Under the pieces are notes generated by a model. That model ran no database searches and was not told the origin of the DNA. It saw only the letters and a list, made by a program, of their open reading frames with translations. Made by a program: the position numbers and the translations under genes. From IMG/VR virus record IMGVR_UViG_3300022555_000016: a DNA stretch of 64,000 bases, one strand, 5' to 3'. This stretch comes from an uncultured virus (IMG/VR IMGVR_UViG_3300022555_000016) (lineage: Duplodnaviria; Heunggongvirae; Uroviricota; Caudoviricetes). Shown here piece by piece: positions 10,236-22,076 of this stretch (position 1 is the first letter of the stretch; each line of letters opens with the position of its first letter).

Positions 10236-10630
10236 GGAACCTTAATAGCATTATGTTGTGTGGGAAAGTTCTAACTCATAAACGATTTTGACATTTAAGT
10301 CTAGGTAGTTAGTGTTTAAAGCTTTACGGATTAAAACCATGGCTTCAGCGTATTGCTTATGATTACGGTTGCTGATAAACAAGTGCTTACCTAGCCATGG
10401 TAGGTTGTTGCACTTGTCTTTGGGAATAGAAGGCATAGTCGCTAAAATTGTTAATAGGTCGCGACGGTCCTTCTCTGAGAACTTTAGTGTTTTTTGCATC
10501 GATGCCATGATAGACCGAACCATTGGTTGAACCGACCTAACCAACCAATTTCTGCTCCGCACCGCTGACAACAATAGCTAGGCCACTTTGTTGATGCTTC
10601 ACCATAAGACATGTTTGCTTCTCTCATCAA

Positions 10631-10660
10631 GGGTAGGGCTAACACAACTTAGCCCTACCC
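10631..10660 (-). terminator. hairpin terminator
   Basis: GGGTAGGGCTAA-cacaac-TTAGCCCTACCC. Confidence 0.55.
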
Positions 10661-10676
10661 GTTGTCGTTCCAAAAA

Positions 10677-11477
10677 CTAATCCAAGTCTAAGGCAGCCTT
10701 GCCAATCCGACGAAGCTTACCCCAGACCATCCAATCCTTGGCTTCCAAGTCAGCTATAGACCAAGGTACAGCAGTTAAACGGATAGGTAGACCGATTACA
10801 GGCTTGATTCCTGGGTTACGAGGATTGATGTCTTGGTAGTAAAACTCGCCGGTTGACGGGTTCATAGCATAAGCTTGAATCGAGTCAAACGATTTGTTAT
10901 CCACCCAGGCACCACGAGTAACCCAGTGACCTTGACGCATTAGTTCTAGTGCATGGTCAATCGGACTATTACGAGTAACGTTGGCCTGATCAAATACAAT
11001 TTGTAGAAACGCTTTGGCAGCTTGGGTGTAAGTTACCTTGTCAGTAAGTAGTACATCTAACTTACCGTCGCAAGTCTTAATCAGCCTAAATAGTTCCTCT
11101 TTCGAATCATCAAGGAATAAGAAAATGTTAGGCGTATTTGACTTGATGTTAACATCGTGGCTACAATCGTCAACTTCTACAACAGCTTGATTACCGGGAG
11201 CGTTCTTGTTTTGCTCGTTTACGTAATCTTGTAACCAAGCGATACGAGCGATTTCAATGTAAGCACTTTTAACTTGCTGAGGTAAGTCATCCCAAGAATA
11301 GTGAGCAATGTTCCGACGAGTCATCTCGGCAGTGAACACCTCTTGAGCTTTAGAAATAACCTTTGACACTTCCTCTTCTGGATCAAAGGGAAGCTCAAAC
11401 GGAGCTACTTCTGGAGTTTGCGGAGGTGCAGTTAGATCAGTAATATCTGACAAATCTAAAACTGGAACTGAAGACAT
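10677..11477 (-). CDS. hypothetical protein with C-terminal DUF2829/Tad2-like domain
   Basis: ALELMRQGHWVTRGAW ... PWSIADLEAKDW. Confidence 0.55.
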   Translation of the reverse strand: MSSVPVLDLSDITDLTAPPQTPEVAPFELPFDPEEEVSKVISKAQEVFTAEMTRRNIAHYSWDDLPQQVKSAYIEIARIAWLQDYVNEQNKNAPGNQAVVEVDDCSHDVNIKSNTPNIFLFLDDSKEELFRLIKTCDGKLDVLLTDKVTYTQAAKAFLQIVFDQANVTRNSPIDHALELMRQGHWVTRGAWVDNKSFDSIQAYAMNPSTGEFYYQDINPRNPGIKPVIGLPIRLTAVPWSIADLEAKDWMVWGKLRRIGKAALDLD

Positions 11478-12915
11478 AACTAAGATTCCTTGTTATTATT
11501 ACACAAAACAATAGTTCAAACCGGAGGAAGCGGTGTACCTTCACGACTTACTGGGTACAGAAGGAAAGTAGGCGATCCGTCTTCCTTGTTAGTGTAGTCA
11601 ACAGTTATGGAGTTTATAGAGTGACCTTTGGAAATAATGTGCTTACTGTCAAGAGCAACAGAATCCTGCCAACGCTGTGTAGCATTTTGGGCACGTGTGA
11701 TTGCAGTTGACGGTAGCTCACCAGTTAGAAACTGAGCATTAAGCCAATCGCGAAACTCTACAAGATCAGTAGTATTAGGAAACTCGGCCATTTTAATGGT
11801 GTCCTTATTGTTAATGGTGACAAACAATCACTGCCGCAACCGGCTAATGAACATCTGAATTGTGTTACCAATAGCAGATTCGACAATCTGCGGAATGCAC
11901 TCTTTAACTATTGCCTTAACGGCTTCAGCAGGCAAAGACATGTTGCCAGAATAGTTAGATGACCAGTATTCAGGTTTAGCAACTTCGGTCTTGATCATAT
12001 CTTTGAATTGGTTTTCCAACTCTTGCTGAATCATAGCTCTAAGAGGAGAAGGTAACTTTACGTCATTCCGATAGTAGGTAGGGTTTGCGGTAGTGTCAGT
12101 GATAAACCATTTGATCTCCGTTTCCACCATCGCGGTGAACACTTCGTCAGGGATCAAGGCGGTAAATGAGTCCTTGATCCGCTGCTTGATGTTGTCCTTA
12201 GCAGACTGCATTACGGAAGAGAGGTCAACAGTTAAGTTATTAGACATTGTAGGATAGTCCTTATTGGTGGTGAGACAGCACGAAGACTAAGGTAGTAGGA
12301 GAATCACTAAAATTTAAGGTAACTTTGGCGTAGACCGCCGTGTGTGGACAGGTTAGTTCAGCTTTGTACAAGGCTACAGTGTGGTGCTCAATAGCAGCAA
12401 ACAGAAAATCCCAATCTTTAGTTAAAGAGATAGAATCATCAGTTGCCACATTGGATAAGTCGGATTGAATCAATGACCAATCATGTCTCACTACAGATTG
12501 AGCTGTAATTGGGAAAAGCTTGTGAGTCCAGTGTGGTTTATCCGTAGGAATAAACTTACGGTCAATTAGCCAAGCACCAACCTTAGCCCAATTACGAATG
12601 AAGAAATTTGGCTGCAAATCTGTCCAAGTTAAAAACTTGTTACTGATAGTTACCGAGCCAGACCACGAGATTCAAAATGATCAATCTTATCTTGAATGTT
12701 AGCAGCTAAGTTAGCTTGAACCTTTTCTTGCAGGACAGAAGCTAAGCGACCCTCAAGTAAGTCTTTTATTAGGTCTTGAAAGAATAGGATTACTCGCTTA
12801 CGGTTGATGTTATTCAATCCACTTTTACTGTTTAAGGTGGTATCGTTCCATAGAGTCATAGGTATTGAAGTCATTTTAAAGGTGCCTTTTGGGTTAGAGC
12901 ATAGACGTAGAAAGG

Positions 12916-13704
12916 TCAAAACAAAGATTTCAACCCAGGAATTGGTTTAGCCATCGGTACAGAAACTGGTATCTTTAAAGCTGATTTTATACGATTGACT
13001 GCGATATCAAAGTATTTTTGCTCTTTCTCGATACCGATAAAGCGACGACCCGTATTGACACAGGCTACCCCAGTGGTACCCGATCCCATGCAGTTGTCTA
13101 AGACCCAACCGTTAGGCTTAGAATAAGTTTTAACTAGGTATTCTACTAGTTTGAGCGATTTCTGGGTCGGGTGTAAACCAAATTCACAATCAAAGTGCTG
13201 TACAGAGACAGGTAGAAGTTTACCTTCTGGATTGTCTTTGTGCTTACTCTTGGACTTACCGTAGACTTCGCCTAGTTGTTTATCTGCACTAGAAAACCCT
13301 GAGTAAGGTTTACCGTTTCTCATGATCGGATTGTAGTAGGGAGTCTTTAGACCAAAGACAAGGATGTCTTCATGCTTTTTTAGCGGTGCGTACTTTGCAG
13401 CAAAAGGGTTTGTTCCCCTATTTTTCACCCATATCCAACCGTGTCTGTACAACTTAGGCTGAGACATAACCAGAGCACTGGTAAACGGTTGACTAGCGTG
13501 AAGGACAATAGGGCAGTTTGGTTTAGCAATTCGTTTGTAGTGCGCCCACAATTCGTCGAAAGGGATGACAGAATCCCAGTGTGCGGCAGTGGTGCCATAA
13601 GGCAAATCACAAAGAATAAGGTCAATTGACTTGTCTTTTATATCCTGCATTTTATCAAGACAGTCGCCTAGCCATAAATGTATTCGTCGGTCTCCTAGAA
13701 TCAT
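12916..13704 (-). CDS. N6-adenine/N4-cytosine DNA methyltransferase (beta class)
   Basis: GDCLD, DLPYG, HPTQK, VLDNCMGSGTTG, GIEKEQKYF. Confidence 0.93.
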   Translation of the reverse strand: MILGDRRIHLWLGDCLDKMQDIKDKSIDLILCDLPYGTTAAHWDSVIPFDELWAHYKRIAKPNCPIVLHASQPFTSALVMSQPKLYRHGWIWVKNRGTNPFAAKYAPLKKHEDILVFGLKTPYYNPIMRNGKPYSGFSSADKQLGEVYGKSKSKHKDNPEGKLLPVSVQHFDCEFGLHPTQKSLKLVEYLVKTYSKPNGWVLDNCMGSGTTGVACVNTGRRFIGIEKEQKYFDIAVNRIKSALKIPVSVPMAKPIPGLKSLF

Positions 13705-15705
13705 AACTAATATCCTAGTTAAAAACTACTCAATGTCAAAAGGTTCCAGAGTATCGTAATGAATGTACAAAGTAGTAATTACCTTATTGTCTGTAGATTT
13801 AGTCAGTTTAACTTTAACAATTTTACAATTCAGCAAAGTGGCTGACGAAGCTAAAGATGACGGTAAGGGTGAATAGGAATCAAACCGGTTCAGGTGAATT
13901 TCTCCAAAATTAGGTTCCACCCAGTCTTGGAGAAAAGAGTAGGCAGTACGAATAACGTCTAAATTAGGTGTTTCTAGGTAATTAAGCTCTAATGAGTTTG
14001 AATCATCTTGACAGTAGGAAGTGGAATTGTCAGTAATGTGTTTAAGGTTATAGCTAATTAGCTCTTGATCAGCCAGTAACTCACCACCAAAGTCAATAGA
14101 ATGATCGGTTGCATAGGTTTGATAAAGTAGCATTGGAGGTGTATCCTTGGTTAAGGAGTTTCTAGGAAGTTACTGAGGTTGCTGGGATAAAGCCGCAACT
14201 TAATTGGTAGGTTCTTTAACCAGATATCAAAAAGGAAGTGGTTATTTTTAGAAATTGAAACATGAATGGAGTCAACTGTACCAAATAAGGTCGGTAAGTC
14301 TGTGTGCAAGTTCAGCCAAGCGTCCACTAATCCTTGAGCTAAGTTGATCGTAGTTAAATTAGAAGGAAGTTCGTCAAATCTAGCATGTAGCCAGAGGTAC
14401 AGTTCACCTATATTAGCAGTATCTGGCAGAATGTCAGGATGAAACATCGAGTCTAGATAGGAAACTTTAGTTACCTTAGCTTGATCGGGAGTCAACTTAG
14501 GTGTAGTTATAGTGGATCGCTTGGGTTTGGAAAATAAAGACAGCAAACCTAACAGGTCAGATAGCTGAGGAGCATGGAACGTGTGCAACAAATAGGACAT
14601 GACTAGGCACCCTTTTAGGTAGATGTGATGCCTTCTTGACTAAGTTTCCTCTAGCTTAGAGAAGCTTTTAATTTTTCTTCTAACACGGTAACTACTGCTT
14701 GGATTCCCGCTTCATAACCTTCCAGGTACTCTTGACTAGGATAGCCTTTAAGGAGAACCAACGGACGAACTTCAGCAATAGCATCATCTAATCCTTGCCA
14801 ATAACCAGCAACTAAAGCTTTGGCTACTACGGCAGGGTCCATAGAAATAGTAGGGAAAGATGTGATTATAGAATTTGACATGACTAAAACTCTTTGAACC
14901 TTTTGTGGAGTTGGCGGGTTAAGTTAACGCACTAATGCCTAGCAACTTGTTAGTCAAGGCAGACAAGGAGTCTTTGACACCTTGAGAGTAGCGAGGGTCG
15001 GTTTCAGAAGTTCCAAGGGATAACAACGACCTTGAAAATTCAAGCAATTCTCTAGTTGTTTCAGCCTTTATTGCTTGACGCTCATCAGAAACAAGCTGTT
15101 GAAATGCTTCCCAAAAAGACTTGGTTGCCGTATCTAAATCAACAGCAGAGTCTAAGGTTAGTTTACCGGTGTCTAAATTAAACTCACCACCGTAGAAATG
15201 CAAACTACCACGTAAATAGGCTGCAGCAGATACTGTAGTAGTCTCAAAATGTTCAAGGTTCGTTAAACTCAAGCTACTCTCCTTTTGTTAAGTTAGCTAC
15301 CATGTCAGAGGCAGCCGTTGGGTATTTAGTTATTAGTTTTTCCAAGGTTTCTAGCTCTCGTGTGGAGATTGACTTTTCTACAGAGAGGCTACGCTCTATT
15401 CGTTGACGATGTTCTTCAAAGGTCTCAGGACGCTTGTAGCGTATTTCAAAATTAGTATAGTAGTAATTATCCTCATCACAGTCAATGCAAGCCATTACAT
15501 TTAGACTATTGCGGTAGTCTGGATGTACTGAATTAGCTATGTCGGTTAACCACTTTACAAAGCCAGTTAACTTGTAGGGCGCTTTAGCTATCTCATAGCT
15601 ATACGGAATAGGAATAGAAGACCAGTTATTATCATACACTGTGCATTCTACTAATTTCCAGTCGTGGTTTGGGTTAGGTTCGGATTCTGGCATTGTTAAC
15701 TGCTC

Positions 15706-16446
15706 CTACAAAAGATTGGTCTGAACGAACTTAACTTCTTTGGGTAGATCAGAAGTAACCCAAGATTCCACAAACGCATGGTCCAGTTTCAAGATAGCAT
15801 AGACATTATTCATCAAGTAGAGAAAACGTATATGAAGGTTTGGGCCTTCTGCTAAGCTATCTTGGTGATTGTTACTCTCGTCACACACCACATGAGTTTC
15901 ATAAAAAATTGGATAATGGCTACGATTCACAAAACGGGCTAAAATTTCATTTGATTCTTTAACTAAATCAAATCTAGTTAGCGAATCGTTTAACCCTCGG
16001 AAAGTAGGAGCAAGATGTCTAATTAAGCCGTCTACCAAATTTACCGTTAACATAATAGGGACTATGCGCCGGACTACACTGTCTAACACTAAGTCAGTAC
16101 CCCACAAGTAGTTGTTGGAGGCTCTGTGGACGATTGGGTTAATTCCGACGTTAGTTAAAGCGTCCCGTACTTCTACTGAGTACGTCGCAGTTAGTGGTGT
16201 TGATACCTTACCACGAACTATCCCAGCAGGCGGTGATGCTTGACTTTTAATTGACGATTTAATAATAGTACGAATTTCATAAATCAAGGCTTCAATGGCA
16301 TCACAAGATGTCACTGCGTAATGGATACCATCTGCTAGATTTGATGGAATCTCAGAAGTAGAAGAGATAAGATGAATGAAAACAGGAGTTTGATCAACAT
16401 CTTTTATAGTACTAGTTAGTATTGACTCTACTACTTGATGGGTCAT
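15706..16446 (-). CDS. protein with tail-sheath C-terminal-like domain
   Basis: RDALTNVGINPIV..LWG...VRR...NDSLTR...VVCDESNN resembles the myovirus sheath C-terminus. Confidence 0.55.
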   Translation of the reverse strand: MTHQVVESILTSTIKDVDQTPVFIHLISSTSEIPSNLADGIHYAVTSCDAIEALIYEIRTIIKSSIKSQASPPAGIVRGKVSTPLTATYSVEVRDALTNVGINPIVHRASNNYLWGTDLVLDSVVRRIVPIMLTVNLVDGLIRHLAPTFRGLNDSLTRFDLVKESNEILARFVNRSHYPIFYETHVVCDESNNHQDSLAEGPNLHIRFLYLMNNVYAILKLDHAFVESWVTSDLPKEVKFVQTNLL

Positions 16447-16483
16447 TTTTGTTAACCTTTTCTTATGGGTAATTATTAAACGT

Positions 16484-16512
16484 AGTGTAGCAAAATTAAA
16501 CTAGGAAGTCAA
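16484..16512 (-). promoter_or_regulatory. sigma70-type promoter
   Basis: TTGACT-17nt-TACACT. Confidence 0.65.
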
Positions 16513-17159
16513 GAGTTATTTTAGAGAATTTTAGTTGGTTGAGTTGGTTGAGTTGGTTGAACCGAAAAGTTCAGTTAAACCGGATAGTGTTGTATTTGAA
16601 AGGACCACCGCAAACGATACCATGGACTACTATCCCGTTGTAGTTGGTAGCGGTGAACTTGGTGTGGTACGGCTCATCAGAACAACCGAGGTAGCTATAA
16701 CCCTCGATGAGTATGTTACGGAAACCGGCGTCCGTTAGAGTCTTAGTAGCACTGGCATCATCCGAATGCATAAAGCAAAGTGCAAATAAAAAGAAAGCCG
16801 CAAAACCAACGCAAAGAACAATAATTGAGACGTTCTTTGCATTTTGTTCTGAATAGTTTGACATTATTCATCTTCCCAAGGTTCAATTACGGTTATTTTA
16901 GTGACTACTGGTTTAACTCCGGGATTAGGCCAGTCGTAGTCAAACTCTATTACCTGTTTAGCTGTAGCACAAGCGTCTGGTAGCATTGGATGAGTTACGT
17001 GTACAAAAGTCTGAGGTGGGTAGTAATCTTTCCCGGACTCTACTTTTAAAACGGTGAAACCTAAATCCTCTAATAGAGTACAGTCTTCATCTACATAATT
17101 TAGTGGGTAGGTACCATCATCCTCATCAAACTCGCTTTCGTACACAATTACTGCTTGTT

Positions 17160-17678
17160 TCATTTATTAGAACCTTTGGTCAAAGAGCTTTTAAACTCAA
17201 TTATCTCGTCAAGAGTAGCGGGAACCATGAGGTCATCCCACCGACTGAGTGGTAGAGAGTAGTTATTAGCTTTACTGTAATAAGAACGCCCAAAAACTAC
17301 TGTAGGTTCTGAATTGAACTGATCATCTAGATCAATTACATTGATTACTTGATAGAAAACGCTATCGTAAGCTCGGTGACAAGAATCAATAGGCGTAGGT
17401 CGCCAAATGGACTTTTCTCTTGGGCGGGATAGAAAATCTTGATCTGGAATGTAGTTCTCTAGGTCTAAAGGATGATCACTGCCATATGTATAGATTTCAC
17501 CGTCAACGCCGTACAGACGATAGATATCAGGAGCATCAGGAATGAACCAAACTTGGTGGGTGCGAGAATCATGGTGATATTTGGTGTAAGAAGAATCTAA
17601 CGGTTTTACCATAAAGACAGGTTCACTGGGAAGATTAGGTCCACCTTTAGTGCGTAGCGGTTTAGTCCAGTCTAACAT
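17160..17678 (-). CDS. hypothetical protein with DWxKPLR domain
   Basis: MLDWTKPLRTKGG...DLEN; the same module is repeated in 49909..50898. Confidence 0.5.
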   Translation of the reverse strand: MLDWTKPLRTKGGPNLPSEPVFMVKPLDSSYTKYHHDSRTHQVWFIPDAPDIYRLYGVDGEIYTYGSDHPLDLENYIPDQDFLSRPREKSIWRPTPIDSCHRAYDSVFYQVINVIDLDDQFNSEPTVVFGRSYYSKANNYSLPLSRWDDLMVPATLDEIIEFKSSLTKGSNK

Positions 17679-17697
17679 TTTATTGATTCCTCATGAA

Positions 17698-17727
17698 GGT
17701 CCGGGTAATTAACAGATTACCCGGACC
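17698..17727 (-). terminator. hairpin terminator
   Basis: GGTCCGGGTAAT/ATTACCCGGACC. Confidence 0.55.
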
Positions 17728-18553
17728 CTTTTTGGTAATTAGGTAAACAACCGTTTGTAATTGTTATACTCGGAGGCTGTTACGCGACTGCTAGTTAGTA
17801 CGTCTTCAGCACAAGTCCAAGAAAACTTGTAAACAACTCCAGGACCTGTACTGTATGTCTTAGACACAAGAGTAACAACTACTGGGAAGAAGGTGTATTT
17901 GCCAGCACCAAAAGCAATTACTATGCCGTTATCTAGGTATTGAACATCGCCACAAACACAACACGTACCAGTAAACTCTTCACCGGTAACTACTGCAACT
18001 AGCTCAGAATCATCGTTGAACAGAGCTAACTTCTTGGTTGAAGTTATGAAAACTGGCTGATCAGCGGTTTTATAGGATGGAGCTAACGCTGCTTCTAAAG
18101 TTTCGACGCAAGGGATGCAATCGTAGGCCATAGTTTTTGAGTCCTTGTTACTAGGACAAATAGTCGTTAGGAGTACCACAGCAACCGCACTTACTTCAGG
18201 CCACTGATTACTGTATTGGCGTAGTAGTTATTAAAGGTGCTGTGGTTAAAGGTGCTGTGGTTATAGTAGCCGGAGCCGGAATGGTCGGTGGATGCAAAGG
18301 GAGGAGGTATTCTGATTTATAGCTTACGTTATGATCGCAAATCCGAAGAATACCCTTAGTGTCGTCTGGAGACTGCTTGAACCTAACAATACCGCCTATT
18401 GAGGCACTCTTACAAATGTCAGGAGGACCTAGATCAACTTCCTCAGTTTCTGGGTTCAAACCGTGGAACAGTCGTAGAAAATCAGATAGTTTCATTTTTA
18501 GAGCCTTTAATAATGATGAGAGGGAGAATAGGTTAATCTCCACTAGATTCAAG

Positions 18554-19978
18554 TCAAGAGTTGAAACTTAGCCAAGTTTCTTCCTTAGTCTGGTTGTTAC
18601 GCAGACGGACTTTAGTACCTTGAGCGGTTAAACTGTAGTCAATTACTTCGTAGCCCGGCACTACAGTCTTCATCAGGTCAGGTAACGACTTTAGCAGTTG
18701 GTCCAGGGGAGATTTTAGAGTGATTGTGGTAGTTGGACCACTGGTTAACATGTTAGTCAAGGTGACCTCTCCAGATAGGGTTACGTAAGAAGTGTTAGCA
18801 GAGGAGTTACTTGGGTCTTTTGCCACTTTGTTAGCGTCAACGTTGATAGCGTTATTGGAACACTTATAATCGGGAAAGGGTTGTTTGGGGCTACTTGGCT
18901 TAGCAGCAAGATTCGGTTCGTCAGTGAGGGAACCGTGACAAGAACACTGGGATTTAGAAGTAGAAGACTTGGAACGACCGACATCCTTTGTCGCGTTAAC
19001 ATGGTCGGAAACGTCCACGTGGATAATAGCTAGTTGGCTAGTTAACTGTAGGTCGTAGTAGTTATTGTCACCACCACGGTACGGTAGCAACTTTTCCTGG
19101 CGGAGGTGGGCAACCATGTCGTTAAAGGTGATAAGATAAAGTTCATTATTGTACATAGTATCAATAACAGACAGTTGGTCTGTTTGATTGAGCCAAGCAC
19201 GTAAGGCTTGATCTACTTTGAGATAGTGGACCGTGTGACCGCTGAGAAGACGGTTGGTGCTTAGGAAAATACCGCAACTTTGACGAAGGACTACGGAATT
19301 GATGTTTTGTTGTTTTAAGCTGTCTACTTGGTTAGGCAGGAGAGGGTTGAGAAGGTGTATAATGTCGGAAACAAATAGGGAACCATGAGGGTAGTTATGA
19401 AACTCTAGGAGGTTTTCTAGAACGAACAAGGTAATAGGGACCGTTTCTACTTTATTACTGAAGACGTTGAAGAATACAGCACTATGGGGAGCGTAGTAGG
19501 CTAGGGTCGTAGAATCAAAGACTTCACCTGGGCGGGGATAGTTAGGTAAGGTAGAGTCTACCCTACAGGACATCAAAGCTACACAACGGTTGTTGTACTT
19601 GTTCCGTTGTTGTAGTACGAATTCGGATAAGAGTTTAGTAGCGGTTAGAGTTAAATCAGTAGGAGGAAGAATGTATTTGAAACTGAAGGGGGTCAGGTTG
19701 GTCAGGTACTCACAGACGTTTAGGGGATTCATATTACTAGGGTAGACTAGGACTGTTATTTCGGCTCCGTGCTTTGTTATCAAGTTGTAGCGGCAAAACT
19801 GAACTATGCTAAGGTTAATGTTTGACGCGGCTGATAGGGATGATAGCAAGGCGTCACAGGAGTTTAGGTTGGAGCGACCTAGCTTGAACTGTGTTATCTC
19901 TGAAACCTTGTCCGATTCAACCATTACTAGGGCGGTTTGTGGATTTGAGGTTTCGGTCCAGTTAAAAGAGTTGGTCAT
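18554..19978 (-). CDS. hypothetical protein, divergent tail-sheath-like central region
   Basis: NQVDSLKQQNINSVV..GIFLSTNRLL and RCVALM segments resemble sheath proteins; weak. Confidence 0.35.
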   Translation of the reverse strand: MTNSFNWTETSNPQTALVMVESDKVSEITQFKLGRSNLNSCDALLSSLSAASNINLSIVQFCRYNLITKHGAEITVLVYPSNMNPLNVCEYLTNLTPFSFKYILPPTDLTLTATKLLSEFVLQQRNKYNNRCVALMSCRVDSTLPNYPRPGEVFDSTTLAYYAPHSAVFFNVFSNKVETVPITLFVLENLLEFHNYPHGSLFVSDIIHLLNPLLPNQVDSLKQQNINSVVLRQSCGIFLSTNRLLSGHTVHYLKVDQALRAWLNQTDQLSVIDTMYNNELYLITFNDMVAHLRQEKLLPYRGGDNNYYDLQLTSQLAIIHVDVSDHVNATKDVGRSKSSTSKSQCSCHGSLTDEPNLAAKPSSPKQPFPDYKCSNNAINVDANKVAKDPSNSSANTSYVTLSGEVTLTNMLTSGPTTTITLKSPLDQLLKSLPDLMKTVVPGYEVIDYSLTAQGTKVRLRNNQTKEETWLSFNS

Positions 19979-20373
19979 TTTTGTTGGAGTCCTTTAGGGG
20001 TTAGAGAATAACTGTGGTGCCGGTTACTACATAGTCTGAGTCGTAGGTTAAGGGTGTAGCGGTAGAAGGGTCACCTGGAGTAGACACTACAACCATCTTG
20101 TCGGCCAATTGTTGCAGGGATTCTTTTGACGGTGAGACTTTGGACGCCGGGACTTTGGACAAGTAGTTAACTACTTCCGATTCTGGGACACCTTTAGTCA
20201 TTCCTACATCCACCCCTTTGTTGTGCAACGCTTGACGCATTGAGCGAAAGGTGGAGTCTGGAATAGGTAGATAGGATTCTAGTGTATCGGACATTTTTGT
20301 TGTGGCCTTTAGGTTAGAGTCCAGTTGGTCATTTTCGCCTTCGGCGTTTTTGACCAACTGGACTTTTTAGGTT

Positions 20374-21858
20374 TTAGTCGGCTTCTAGGTCGGTCTCTAC
20401 AATCTCTTCCTTAGCAGAGATTCCCTTGCTCTGATTCTTCTCGGTCATTTTTTTGAAACCGACTCCACTGCGAATCTCAGCAAAGAAAGTCTCACGAAGA
20501 TCAATGTAAGACTTGTAACCCAACAGCTTAGCAGCTTCCTTCTTCTCGTTAGGACCAAGCTGTGCAGCTAAGATATATTTCTTGAACTCCAAGAAGGTTA
20601 CCTTCTTAGGTGTAGCTATGCTCTCGTTACCTACAAGACGGAATCCGGTACGCTTACCGTCAGCCAACCCTGTCATTAGACAATATTGGTAAGCGTCATA
20701 GGCAGGGCAGTAACCACGACCTTCTCCGTTACTATCCTTTGTCCAGACCCGCAAAAGACCGGTAAACCCGGCTGTACCGGCAGATTTATTCTTCGTAATT
20801 GTACAGGACTTATAAACATATTTATCATTGGCATCATCTACCCACGAAGCAGGCTCTAACTCGTCAACTTTGTACGAGGAAGCGTGAGGTACCCCAGTAG
20901 CAAAAAACCGGATACGCAACCCTGAGTAGAATTGAAGTGCCCTACCTCCGCATTCATATAGGGATTTGACCCTCCCCGGCCTCTCCCGTATCTGATTTAT
21001 GCCTAACAAGATAAATCCCTTGGACCTAAGCTTCCCTACAACCTTAGGTAGAAAAGTAGAAAATAGCCTAGCCGTCTCCGCAAGACCAGAAGTACCGGAA
21101 TCATCGCCAGTTTCGTCATGTGATTCTCCGAGGAGGGCCGGGAAAGAATCGCATATAACTATACCAGCAGGACCTGTTTCCTCGGTTTTCACCCAGTATT
21201 TGCCCGTACTCGAAAACAGCTTAGCACTAGGAGTCATCCCTAACGTCTTTAGCCGTTCGCGCACGCCATCCTTAGCAGAAGGCCACACAAGAAACCAAGA
21301 TTTCTCTTCTGGCATATACCTACGTTCTGGTAAGCTTAACAGCAAATCACGAGTATGTAAGAAAAAGGACTCAAACCCTGAACTATCACTATAAAAAGCT
21401 CGAGGACGACGTACCCAAGAACCATTAGAATCTTTAGTGCCAAAAACCTCCTCAACAGGAACTCCTAAAATATTACGTGCGTAGATTTCGTTTAAACTGT
21501 TCTCGGGATCCGCTAGCCTTATCAGCATGTTTTTCGTCTTAAGAGCCTCTCCGAAGACGTGAACTGAAGCTGTTGTTTTAGAGCTAGCCTCTTGACCAGA
21601 AAACTGTGTCATTGTACCACAAGGCAACCCTCCGCCCGTAAGTAAATCAAGAACTAAGTTTCCAGTGGAAAGAGGATTAAGGGAAGTTAACGCCGAAGTT
21701 GTAATGTTGTAAGCTTTGTTCAAAGACTCAATCTTATCAAGATAATAGTTGAGTAACGGATTGTCCATGTCAGCTACAGCAGCCGCTTCAGCATTTTTGG
21801 TAGCTTTTCGTTCTGCTAGAGTAGGCTTAGGTGGTGCATTTTTCTTGGCGAAAGCCAT
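20374..21858 (-). CDS. recA: RecA/UvsX-like recombinase
   Basis: LSTGNLVLDLLTGGGLPCG, Walker A GQEASSKTT, DPENS, CDSFPAL, INQIRE, GGRALQFYSGLRI, KNK. Confidence 0.9.
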   Translation of the reverse strand: MAFAKKNAPPKPTLAERKATKNAEAAAVADMDNPLLNYYLDKIESLNKAYNITTSALTSLNPLSTGNLVLDLLTGGGLPCGTMTQFSGQEASSKTTASVHVFGEALKTKNMLIRLADPENSLNEIYARNILGVPVEEVFGTKDSNGSWVRRPRAFYSDSSGFESFFLHTRDLLLSLPERRYMPEEKSWFLVWPSAKDGVRERLKTLGMTPSAKLFSSTGKYWVKTEETGPAGIVICDSFPALLGESHDETGDDSGTSGLAETARLFSTFLPKVVGKLRSKGFILLGINQIRERPGRVKSLYECGGRALQFYSGLRIRFFATGVPHASSYKVDELEPASWVDDANDKYVYKSCTITKNKSAGTAGFTGLLRVWTKDSNGEGRGYCPAYDAYQYCLMTGLADGKRTGFRLVGNESIATPKKVTFLEFKKYILAAQLGPNEKKEAAKLLGYKSYIDLRETFFAEIRSGVGFKKMTEKNQSKGISAKEEIVETDLEAD

Positions 21859-22076
21859 GGTAAAGATACCTTTCTAGGAGGATAATAGGGTTTAAAAAGT
21901 GTAGAAAACTTTGGCACTAATAAACAAAAATTGCGAAGTTGGTTGAAACACTAATAACTGGACGTTAACCCTTGCTAAATCAAACGCAAACATCAAAAGT
22001 TGAAATTTCTCATTTTACGTTTTGGGAATAACTTAATTTTGTTTAGTGAGAGAAATTTAAAAATTTACTGAAGGGT

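Noticed and set aside
18195..18213. 16/19 similarity to the sequence downstream of tnpB (about 52961-52979) as a self-target
   Set aside because: The mismatches are central, the guide boundary is unknown, and such matches are expected by chance.
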